Of a stretch of DNA of 64,000 bases, positions 35,685 to 45,656 are shown piece after piece. The notes beneath the pieces are model-generated. The model was given only the letters and a program-made list of their open reading frames with translations, was not told where the DNA came from and searched no databases. A program made the position numbers and the translations under genes. Every line of letters begins with the position of its first letter. Within the stretch, counting starts at the first letter, position 1. This stretch comes from Euglena gracilis (taxonomy: Eukaryota): assembly GCA_039621445.1 (NCBI GenBank), contig CP154954.1:3663715-3727714 (forward strand), written 5' to 3'.

Positions 35685-38586
35685 TTATAACTGAGGGAAG
35701 CAATGATGGGGCCGTTTTGAGGGAACTTCGGCCTGGGGGTCGGCTTTGGCTCCGCCGTCCCTCCACAGAGCCCCGGGCGCGGAGCGCTGTGTGGCTTCCC
35801 GCCGCAGCGGTGGAACCGGCTGCGGGCGGGGCTCTGTGGGCTCGGGTTGGGTGTGCGACCGACCGCCCACTCCCTGTTCGGAGGCGCTGGCAGCCTGGTG
35901 GGTGAGGATGTCGTCTGGGTTGACTTGCAGGCTGCGGCCAGGGAGTGGGTAAGGCATGTGCGCTCCCCGGCGGGCCTGGGGGGCGTGCTTGGGCTCGCCC
36001 TTGGCCGGGGGGGGGCGTGCCTCGCTCGGCCTGGGCCGCGCCGCTTGCCTCCACGGAAGCCTGGTTGGAGCTCTCAGCCCTTCGATCGTCTGCCCGCGGC
36101 GGACAATCCGGCTGGGGGCAGGCCTCCGTGTGGCAGAGGCGGGCTGCCTCCTGGGTTTGGCTGGTCGGTTTGGCTGGTGTGCGTGCTCCTGGCCTGGCGC
36201 CCTTGGGGGGGGGGCGTTTTTTTTTTTGGGCCGCCCCCTGTTTTCCTTTGGCATGCTGCTGGCTTCTCTGGTGGGTCTGGTGGGTCTTGCTGTGTCTTGC
36301 TGTGCTGGGCTTGGCGTCTCCATGTCGGTGGACCCCTTGGCTGTTGGTGCTGGCTGGTTCTTTTTCATCTGTGCTCGGGTGGTCACTGCCACTTCGGTGT
36401 TCTCGGTGGTTTTGTGCTTGAGTCGTATGATGCATACTTGCTTTTCTTCGGTGGCTGTGTCGATTGGGTGAGTGGCCTTTGGACACGATCTCTCCTCTTC
36501 CTTCTCTTTCTGGATTTGCTTTTGCATTTCTTTCGTGTCTTGATCGGTGCCATGCCAGGTGATGTCCTTGAAGCCTTGGCTGGCGGGATATGCCCATCTT
36601 GAGAGCGCATCTCCGATGGTGTTTGCTTGGCCTGGCACATGGATGACTTCCAGCCGGAAGTTGTTGAGCTTTGCATGCCACCTTGCTCGGCGGCCTTGTG
36701 GGCCGACTCCTGCGACATGCTCTTTGTACCACCCTTGTAGGCTCTTGTGGTCTGTTAGCACCAGCACCTCGTTGTCCAGAATGTACGGCGCCCACTTGTC
36801 CAGGGCGGAGACGATTGCATACGTCTCCTTGTCCCTGGTGTCCCACTTCTGCCGTTGGCCATCGGTGAGCTTGCGGCTCATGAAGGCCACGGGGATGGAG
36901 GCACCTGGCTTGATGTCCGCGAGGGACGGGAGACCTTCCACCAGTGGGAACTGCTCCAGCGCCGCACCCACTGCATAGTCCGATGCATCTGTCCGAAGGA
37001 CAAACGGCTTGGTGGGGTCCATGTGGTACAGCTCGAGGTCCGCCACGAGTGCCTGCTTCAGGCGCTCGAATGCCTTCTCTTCCTCCTTGGTCCATGTCAC
37101 CGGGTGTTTGCTGCCTGCTTTGGCGAGCTCCCGGGGCAGCTTCAGCTTTTCCTGCAGCGGTGCCGCATATTCGGCGAACATTCGCACGTATCCGCTGTAA
37201 TAATTGCCCAGCCCCAAAAATGCCCGGAGGCTGGAGACGTTCTTGGGCAGCTCCCACTTCTGGACAGCTGCCAGCTTCCCTGGGGCTGGCGACCTTCTTC
37301 CTCCTCCCAGCACATGGCCGACAAACTCCACTCGGCGCATGAACAGCTTCACCTTCTTGGGGTCCGAGACCCACTTGTCGCGCTCGAGCGCTGCCAGCGT
37401 CTCCCGGACATCTGCGGCATGGGCCTTCAGGAAGTCTTCTTCCGATTGGCCGACTTTTCTTTTGGTGCAGATGATGATGTCATCAAAGTACGGCCCTGAG
37501 TGCCTTTGCAGTCCGGCACACGTCGCATCGATGTCCCGTTGCAGCAGTGCCGGGCCCACATTGATCCCTTGTGGGACCACAGTCCACTGCCACAGGCCGC
37601 CCGGCATTTGGATGTTGGTGATTGGCCGGGACTCGGCGTCAAGGGCGACTTGATGGAAGGCATCCCGGAGGTCCACTGTGCTGAACAGCTCACATCTTGC
37701 TTGCTCGGCCACGATCTCCTCGGTGAGGGGCAGCGGGTAGCTGTCCGGCTGCAGCTGCTTGTTGGTGAGCGCGTAATCGCACACCAGTCTCCACTTCCCG
37801 CTTTTCTTTTTTATTGGGAAGGCGGCTGCTCTCCACGGTCCCCTCCCGGGTTCCAGCTTGCCGTCCTTCCGGCACTCTACCTCCATTTCCCTCAGGGCAT
37901 CATGCCTTTCTCCTCTCAGGTGGATCACTCTGCCCACCACTGGCACTGCACCTGGCTTCAGCCTGAGCACGGCCTTGCCGTGCGTCCCTCTTGCTGGGGG
38001 ATTTGGCCACACTCTTTCCCGGAAGAGGCGTCCTGCGTATTCATCCAGGATTTCTTGCCGGAGCTTGGACGCCAGTGGATCTGGATGCTCGTCGTCTGAC
38101 TGCACCACGCCTCTGATTTCCACCTGCTCGCCCTGCACTTGGAGGATGTGTCTTGCTGCTTCCTGGAGTGCCTCGTTGTCGGAGATCTCCTCATCCGACG
38201 CACCTTCATCCTCCTCGGCTTCATGGATCTCTCCGGGAATGCACATCCGCATCTTCTGCACCAATGCCAGCATTTGCTCCTCCACATCTTCTTCTTCTTC
38301 CCACGGACACTCTTCTTCCTCTTGATGTTGTGTTGCCGTTGATGACAGGGGTTGTTGGAGGGGATGTTGGGTTGAGGATGCTAGGTGTGGTTGCGGCTCT
38401 TGCTGGGTGACCACTGCTGCTGTCGATCTTCCTTGTCCTTGGGCGGTGCTGTTCTTTTGCGCCCACAACACCCACCGTGGCGGATCATGCAGCTGGAGTG
38501 CATCCCTCCACGGCTGCACGTCGAGGCGATTGACCTTCAACCACGGATATCCGAGGATGAGGTCGCAGCCGATGTCCCCGTCGTGT
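35685..38586 (-). CDS. pol: Pol: protease C-terminal part, reverse transcriptase, RNase H and a basic/Pro-rich tail
   Basis: DLILGYPWL; KKSGKWRLVCDY..N; DLRDAFHQV; PQG; YFDD at 37479-37490; RNase H motifs TDAS, KETYAIV, TDHKSL, DALSR. No HHCC or DDE integrase motif follows. Confidence 0.93.
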
Positions 38587-38870
38587 GGTGACGGTGCTGC
38601 TCCACTGGCTGCCCACTGGCACGCCTTCTTCACTCCTTGCCTCGAAGGAGAGTGTGAGGGTGGCCTCGTTCTTCCCTCCGTTGAGCTCTTCGCCACTCAC
38701 TGTCTTGAGCAGCAGCGGCTTGCTGGACTGCGTGAAGCAGGCTTCTGGCAGCAGGTCCCTCCGGCAGAGAGACGTCTGGGCTCCGGTGTCGATGAGCGCT
38801 TTTGCTTGGTAGCACTCGCCATTGGCTTCCACGGTCACTTCCAGCAGCAGCTGGCATCCGCCTCCTCTCC
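38587..38870 (-). CDS. Retropepsin aspartic protease, N-terminal part
   Basis: ALIDTGAQTSL (DTG at 38782-38790); separated from its DLILG half by a frameshift near 38586. Confidence 0.9.
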
Positions 38871-38997
38871 TTTGCATCCTGCCCACTCGAAAGCGGGCCG
38901 GCTTTACGTGCCACGGCTTGATGGTCACCTCTTGCACTTTGCTGTTGGACACTGCTCCTTCTGCTTCGGTTGCTGCTTGTGGTCCTGTGCCTTGGCA

Positions 38998-39600
38998 CAG
39001 GTACTCCACCACGCCGCTTGGGATTCTGTACGCCTCCTCTCGTGACACTCTGTGGGGGCACCTGCCTCCCAGCTGGAACCGGTGGCGCCGTCTTCCTTTG
39101 TCCCCTTGCACCGAGCTTTTGCATCGGCCATCGCACAACACGTTGGTGAGATCCCTGGCCATCTCCTTCGGTAACCAGAACCGGGTGGGCTTCCGGTAGC
39201 CGAAGTCTTCGAACATGCAGTAGTCGAGGTCCACGAAGGCCAGGTCTCGGACTACTCGCCTCCTGCGGAGCAGCCCGTGCCGGGGATTCTCGATCCACCA
39301 CTTCGCCGGAGCGAGGTACTGGATGATCTCCCTTGTCTTCCTCACCACCGCATCTGCTTCCCTCAACCGCCTCGGCCTTGTCGTCATTGCCGATGAGTAC
39401 TCGGTGCATGGCTGGGATGCTGCCACCAGATCGAAGTCACCAGGGGAATACTGCTGCCAGTACTCCCATCGCCGGATGTCCGCCACCACATCGGGGTGCC
39501 ACCGGGAGTCCCAGTCGACACTCACGACATGGTAACCCAGTGCCTCCAGGGCCCGGCGGACACTGCCTGTCCCGGAGAACAGGTCCAGTGCCCAGAGCTC
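38998..39600 (-). CDS. Compact C5-cytosine DNA methyltransferase domain (~200 aa), in frame with the protease
   Basis: Motif I LDLFSGTGS, II VSVD, III DI, IV ASQPCTEYS (catalytic PC), VI WIENP, VIII YRKPTRFW and a motif X-like AYRIPSGVV occur in canonical order. Confidence 0.9.
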
Positions 39601-39799
39601 GCGTCCGCAGCTCTGCTGGTGCTTCTCTTCTTTTGCTTCTGGCGTCACTGAGTCTGGAGGCACGGATGTGGATGTGGCTTGGGCGATGCTGCTGGATGTT
39701 GGATGCGGATGCGGTGTTTCTTGTTGTAGATGTTGTCTTGATCCTTCTTGAGGCGGTTGTGGTTGATGCTGGGAATCGCTTGGTGGTTGGTGTTGTTGG

Positions 39800-40810
39800 T
39801 GGGGATGCGGCGATATAGAAGTCGGTTCCAGTGGAGGTTGTTGTTGAGGTGGATGCTGAGACGAAGATGAAGGTTCTTGTGGGAGTGGTAGCGGGGTGTT
39901 TCCTTGTGATGATGATGGCGGTTCGAGTGGCGGCTGTAGTGGCAGTGGATGTCGCGAAGTAGATGACGGTTCCCGTGGGTGATATCGTTGATGAGGATGT
40001 CGCTTTGATGACGATTCCAGAGGTAGCTGTTGTGGTGATGCAGATGACGGTCCTGGTGGGAGTTGTGGTTGATGTGGATGCTGTTGAGATGACGAATTCG
40101 GTTCTCGTGGCGGTTGTAGCGATTGTGGATGTTGCGGAGGAGATAACGGTTCCTGTGGGCGATGAAGTTGGTGTGGGTGTCGCTGTGATGACGGAGACGG
40201 TTCTCGTGGTGGCAGCCGCGAAGGTGGGTGTCGCGAAGAAGATGAAGGTTCTGGTGGACGATAATGTTGGGGTGGATGTCGCTGCAAAGATGAAGACAGT
40301 TCTCGTGGCAGCGGCTGCGATGGCGGATGTCGTGATGTGGATGAAGGTTCTCATGGGAGTTGTGGTTGGTGTGGATGTGGCTTAGATGATGGAGTCGGTT
40401 CTCGTGGCGGCAGCGGCGATGGTGGATGCTGTGGAGAAGATGAAGGTTCTGGTGGATGTTGACGTTGGAGTAGATGTCGCTCTGATGATGATGCGGGTTT
40501 GTGGGGTAGCTGCTGTCGAGGTAGTTGTTGCGGTGAAGATGAAGGTTCTGGTGGGAGTGGTCGTTGGGGAGGATGCAGCTTGGATGATGGTGTCGGTTCT
40601 AGTGGCGGCGGCTGCAGTCGGGGTCGGGGTTCGGATGTCCGTTCTGGTGGGAGATGTCGTTGGTGGAGATGCTGGGGTGGAGATGGCGGTTCTTGTGGCG
40701 GATGATGCTCGTGGGGTGGCTGCAGCGGGTTAGAGGAGCGTTCTGGTGGGAGCTGTTGATGATGGGGAAGTTGGGGTGGAGATGGCGGTTCTTGTGGCGG
40801 ATGATGCTTG
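39800..40810 (-). repeat. Coding tandem repeat: 99-nt (16+17 aa) Pro/Gln/His/Ser-rich unit between Gag and DNMT
   Basis: TTCTCGTGG recurs at 40102, 40201, 40300 and 40399. Confidence 0.85.
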
Positions 40811-41364
40811 TGGGGTGGCTGCCGGGTTTTGTGTCGCTTGTTGTCGGGCTGTTGCATGGCTGTTAGGCTTCTTGGGTGCTCTTCTTGTGGTGGATGCCGG
40901 TCGGTGTCGCGCAGTGGATGTTGCTTTCTTTGGGGTAGGTGTTGCTTTTCTTGTTGTGGATGCCGGTTGGTGTCGCGGGGAGGGTGTTGTGTGGTAGATG
41001 TTGACCCTTGAGGTGGTTGTCGCGATGAGGTTGTCGTTTCCTTCTTACTTCCTTTTCCCTTGGAGTGGTTGTTGTTCTTCGTTGTTGATCTTTGCCATTT
41101 CCTTGGCATAGATCTCTCCCCTTCTTCCTTCCTTCCCTTTGCGCCTTGATCCTTGTCGGGTTGTGTCATCGGAGGTGATTGTCTTGGCTTGCGGTTTCTT
41201 TTCTTTTTCTCCACCACCTGCCATCCTTCCTCCTCTCGATGCCTGGACAGGGTGGTGGAGCACACCTGCACGGTTCTCACCTCGTGCACTTCCTCTTGCC
41301 GGTCTCCGGCTCGGGGTTTTGACTGCCTGCCCAGGCCTCCTCCCCTGGGGCCTGGGCGGCCCCT

Positions 41365-44300
41365 TCACTCCTCCCACTCCTCCACTGCGGCGACACTCCT
41401 CCCCCGGCCGCCGTCTTTTCCTCCTTTGCCTTTTCCATCTCCCTTTCCTTTGCTCTTGCCTTTCTCATCGCCTTTGCCTTTGCCACCCTTGTCTTGTCCA
41501 CCACCTTTGCCATCTCCTCCCTTTGACCATTGTGGGTTGCCTTTTCCCTTGCCTTTGGCATCCCATGAGTTGTTCCACGACGCTCCGCCTTGGTACGGGG
41601 CATTCTGCCACTGTCCCGATGATGACCACTCTGGTTGTCGATCTCCTCTCCTCCCTTCACCGCCGGTGGCGGTGACGGTGCACTTTGGGTGGGCTGTGGT
41701 CCGGGTTGCACCGTGCTTGTCGGTTGCTCCTCCTTCTTCTCAGACACCTTTGGAGGTGTCGGGGGCCTCTTATCTTGCCGTTTGTTTCCCTTGCCCACTT
41801 GCCGGACAGCTTCTTCTTCCTCTTCTTCTTCCGCACCATCCCACTCTGCATCCACTTCCCGGTGCCACCGCGGCTGTGGCCGATGGTCTTGCCTTTGGGG
41901 GCCGGAGCTTTGCTGCGGCTCGGGCGCGTTGGCGATCCGCTGCTCCGTTCGGAGCCAACGAGTCATCAGCTCGTTGATTTCTTTTCGGCTCCAACTCCGC
42001 ATTGTCCGGGGAGACCTTGACAACGCTCCCGCCTTGGAGCCGCTGCCGGTCATAGAGCATTTTGATGGCATGCCGATGCTCTTCCCCTTGCGGCGTCACC
42101 TTCACTCGCTTGCCGAACCGTCGCACGGCAAGTGGTCTCAGCCCGGTCTCCGCCAGCACCATGTTCTCCACCTCCTCTGTGGCCACATCGATTGGCAGCC
42201 CATCGAGCACCAAGGTGCCCCTCTCTGTCCTTTTGTCCTCCTCCATCGCCAGCTTCCTTCGCCACGGATCCCTTGGGATCGCATTCATCAACAGGCGACT
42301 CAGTTCTGCATCACTGACATCGCCAAGTTGCCCACCCAGGGTCATCATCTGTGCGTAGAGCTCACGCCACGACTTCTCTGTTGGCTTGCCCGCATGCGCC
42401 ATCTTCAGCCGGTGGAGCTTGCGGCGGAGGACCTCCTTGTCTTCCGCCCCGAACTCCAGGTCGAGGCGCGCCCAGTACTCTTCGTACCCGAGGTCCGGAT
42501 TGGCTTCCAGCTCCTGGTCCACCAGGAGAGCCCCGGCCTCGTCGAGTGCACTTCGCAGCAACGCCAATCGCTGTGCATCGGTCATTGCTGGCATCAGCCC
42601 TTCCGTTTCTCGTAGAAACGGAATCCACTTTCTTCTCCACATTGGCCAGTCCTCTGCAATCCCGCTGAACCTTCCGGGATGTCTGCCGCTGATGGACTCC
42701 AGGAGTTGTGGGGGTAGGAGTTGGAGTTGTGGACTGACGGTGTGTGCTTGCACTGGGGCGATGGTCACTTCCACCCCCCGCACCGCCGTTCCGGTTGTGC
42801 TCCTGGGTGGCTGTGTCACTTGCGTCATTGGCATCACTGCTTGTACTGGGATTGATGTCACTGCTTCACTTTGCACCATTGATCGCGTGCTCTTTCTTGC
42901 CAACCTGAGCTCCGGTCGCACCGCAACCGAAGATTGTTGTCGTGCTTGTATTTCTGGGTACGGTTGGGACGGGAATGTGTGGACCTCTGCACGTTGACGG
43001 ACTTCTTCACGGGGGATGTGTGGTTCCTGGATGGGCGTTGTGCTGAGCTGTAGCCGTGCGACTTGTCTCGCCAGATCTTGCACTTCTCGCTCCATCTGTT
43101 CACTGCTGCTCACATTGGGGCGTGATTGTTGCCGGATTAGCTGGATGTCCCTCTGTATTTCCCTGAGCTGTGTCTTTGTCTCCTTGATGGCCTTGGAGAA
43201 CGCTCCCTCCCCATGGAGCACTCTCTCCCGCAACTGTTGGATGCCGTCCTCCACCTCTTCCGTTGATTGGAGTGGTTGTTGTGGGAGTTGAAGTCGTTTG
43301 ATCTCCTCGTGCATCTTGTTCTCCACCCGCTCCATGGCCCTTGCCAGTGCTTCGTCCGCCACCTCGACCTTCTTGCTCAGCCGGAGAAGGTCTCTGTCCT
43401 TCTCATCTTTGGCTCGGGCCATGGAGGTCTCCAGGGCTTGTACCCTGGCCCCAAGGTGGTGGAAGTCGTGCACCTGGATCTCGAGCTTCCGGATGTACTC
43501 CGTCGTCTCGCGTTTGAACTGCTTGTTGTTCTGCTCGAGGGCCTGCACCTTGAAGATCAGATCCTGGATGAGAGTGTCGGATGTGGTCGGTTGTTGGGGT
43601 TGCGATGTCTGTTGTTTTTGCTTCATCTCCTGGATCTCCTTAGCCATCACCGCCACCTGTGTCTGCTGTGCTTGTTTCATCGCCTCCACCTCCTTCTTGA
43701 TGACCGTCACTTCCTCCACCGTCGCCCGTTTCAGTCGGTCTTTCGATTGTTCGATTTCTTGGATCCGCACTGTCATTCTGTTCATTGCCACCTCCATCTC
43801 CGGGTTCTGGATAGGTTGTTGCGGTTTTGGTGATCCTTTTGCTGCTTGTTGCTCGTGTTCGCGCCGCATCATTTCTACTAGGGACCGGATGTCGCTGTTT
43901 CGCGTTGTTGTCTCCATCTTGATCTGCTCCTTCACCATTTGAACCTCGCTTTCGACGACGGTGATTCGCGCATCGTGTTTGCTGATAGTGTGGATTGTCG
44001 CGGCGTCGACGGTTGCACCTTTGGAGGACGATGAAGCCGCTTCGGTCTTGATCTGCTCCTTCAACCCTTGGATATCTCGTTCCACCATCGCGAAGCGAAC
44101 CTCGTGCTGTGTGATCGCGGTTTGCGCGGCGCTCGCCGCTTCGTGCAGCGTTGTAGTCTCTGCCGCGCATCGCATCGAAACGTCATACGCACGGGTTGCT
44201 TGCTCACGCTCGAGATTGACTGCGGTGTCGCATGCGGTGATTTGTCGTTTGACTGTCTCGATGTCTTGTTGTTGTTGTTGTGCCGCCGTCGCCTTGATGT

Positions 44301-45165
44301 CGTTGAACATCTCGTCCTGCTTGTAGTCACCCTCAGTAGGCCACCATCCTCCTTCAGACCCCCATGGTTCCCACCGTTGTTCCTCCCACTGCTCCTGCTC
44401 CTCCGTCTCCTCTGCTCCCCCTTCCTCTGGGGAGAGTCTCGGGACCTTCTGGGGCCGGGGAGTGGCCCCAGAGGAGAACGAGGTCCGCAGCCCCATGTCT
44501 CGGCTCCCTTGGGGGGGCTGCGGTCCGTCGGTTGGGTCCGGGACGTCGGATGTCGGGGAGGAGTAGGATGGGGGATGAGGGCTGAAGGATGGGGGATGTG
44601 GGGTGTATGAGGAGGAGGGTGGGGGACGGATGGAGAAGATGGAGGGATGGTTTGGGTCGGAGTCGGTGGGGGAGAAGGGTGGAGGCAGCACTGATGGGGC
44701 TTCATCGAGCGATGGGAACGGGGGGAAAAGGGGATTTCCGGTTGACTTTCCTTTCCGTGGGGGGGGGGTTCGATCCCGAGGGCTATCGAGATCAAAATCA
44801 TTTGTACTTGGGGACAGCAGGGCTAGGGCTGTGCATTGGGCATCCCCGTGGGGGCTACCACGGAGATGTGATGGGGGGCCCCCGTAGGGGATTGCGGGCA
44901 TCGCTGGGGTGGGGTCGCCGAGTGCTGGGCCTCGGCCGGTGATCTGAAGGTTCACCTCAGAGTGGGCCGCGAGGAATGGGTTGTTGTGTGGGGTAGGGTC
45001 GTAAGCCTCTGCTACCAGTTTCCCAGGGGGGGTCCCGGTCTCGCTGGGGTTCCGGCAGGGTGGGTCCCGGGTCACGGATCCGGCGAGGGGGGGTGCGCGG
45101 GTGGGCTCAGCCCCCACGGAGGCCCTGGGAAGCTCCGTGGGTGCTTGGAATGGGTTGGGATCCAT
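41365..45165 (-). CDS. gag: Gag-like protein (coiled coil, capsid-like domain, RRM-like segment, GK-rich tail); start codon inside the 5' LTR; two compensating frameshifts
   Basis: PGRFSGIAEDWPMWRRKW...YEEYWARLDLEFG is capsid-like. The best reading changes frame at ~41984 and back at ~41650, ending KGKGKG...VEEWEE-TGA. Confidence 0.8.
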
Positions 45166-45656
45166 TTTTTAATATTCCCGGCGGCGGAGTGGAGGGGGGT
45201 GCCTCCTGCGATGCCTCTGGGGGTCTGCGGAGCCGCTTAGGTGGGCCCTCGCAGGGGGGGAAATTGAGGGGGGACAGAGGGGGGGCGGAAAAGCCTGGGT
45301 GCTAGGGGTTTTCAGGGGGTGTTTCCCACCCTTATAGCCACTTAGCCCAGCCAAATCCAGCAAGTACCTTTGAAATTGCCTTGGGGCGCTCCTGGTAGGC
45401 CAATTCCTTGAGGTTTTCTTTGATCTCCTTGAAGGTAATCTCTCCTTTGGCAGTTTCCTTTGGTTTCTTTGAAATCTTTGTATTTGATTGAATTGAACAA
45501 TTGAACTTGAAAACTTGAATTCCAATGCACAAATCAGATTGAATCCATGGAAACAAGGGAGCCTGCGGAAGGCAAATGCAGAAAGGGGGTGGTCAGGTAG
45601 TAGCGGAGGGTTCCGCTACTTTGTGTGCGCATGCGCTCAGGCCGCCGCCGCCCACA
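45010..45656 (-). repeat. 5' LTR of the Gypsy element
   Basis: Direct repeat of 34920-35566 at offset 10090. Confidence 0.95.

Larger units (their letters stand above)
34920..45656 (-). mobile_element. Ty3/Gypsy LTR retrotransposon (10,737 bp) carrying a C5-DNA methyltransferase; no integrase
   Basis: Two 647-bp TG...CA direct repeats, a PPT, and domain order Gag-(DNMT)-PR-RT-RNase H. Confidence 0.95.

Noticed and set aside
35608-37374. 588-aa ORF overlapping pol, plus antisense ORFs
   Set aside because: GC-rich off-frame shadows with no motifs; not an integrase.
39437-40733. Thr-rich (39437-40354, -) and Val-rich (39963-40733, +) ORFs
   Set aside because: Alternative-frame shadows of the 99-nt coding repeat.
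44985-45009. tRNA-type or self-priming PBS in the large Gypsy element
   Set aside because: No TGG start, no anti-SL and no convincing complement within the LTR.
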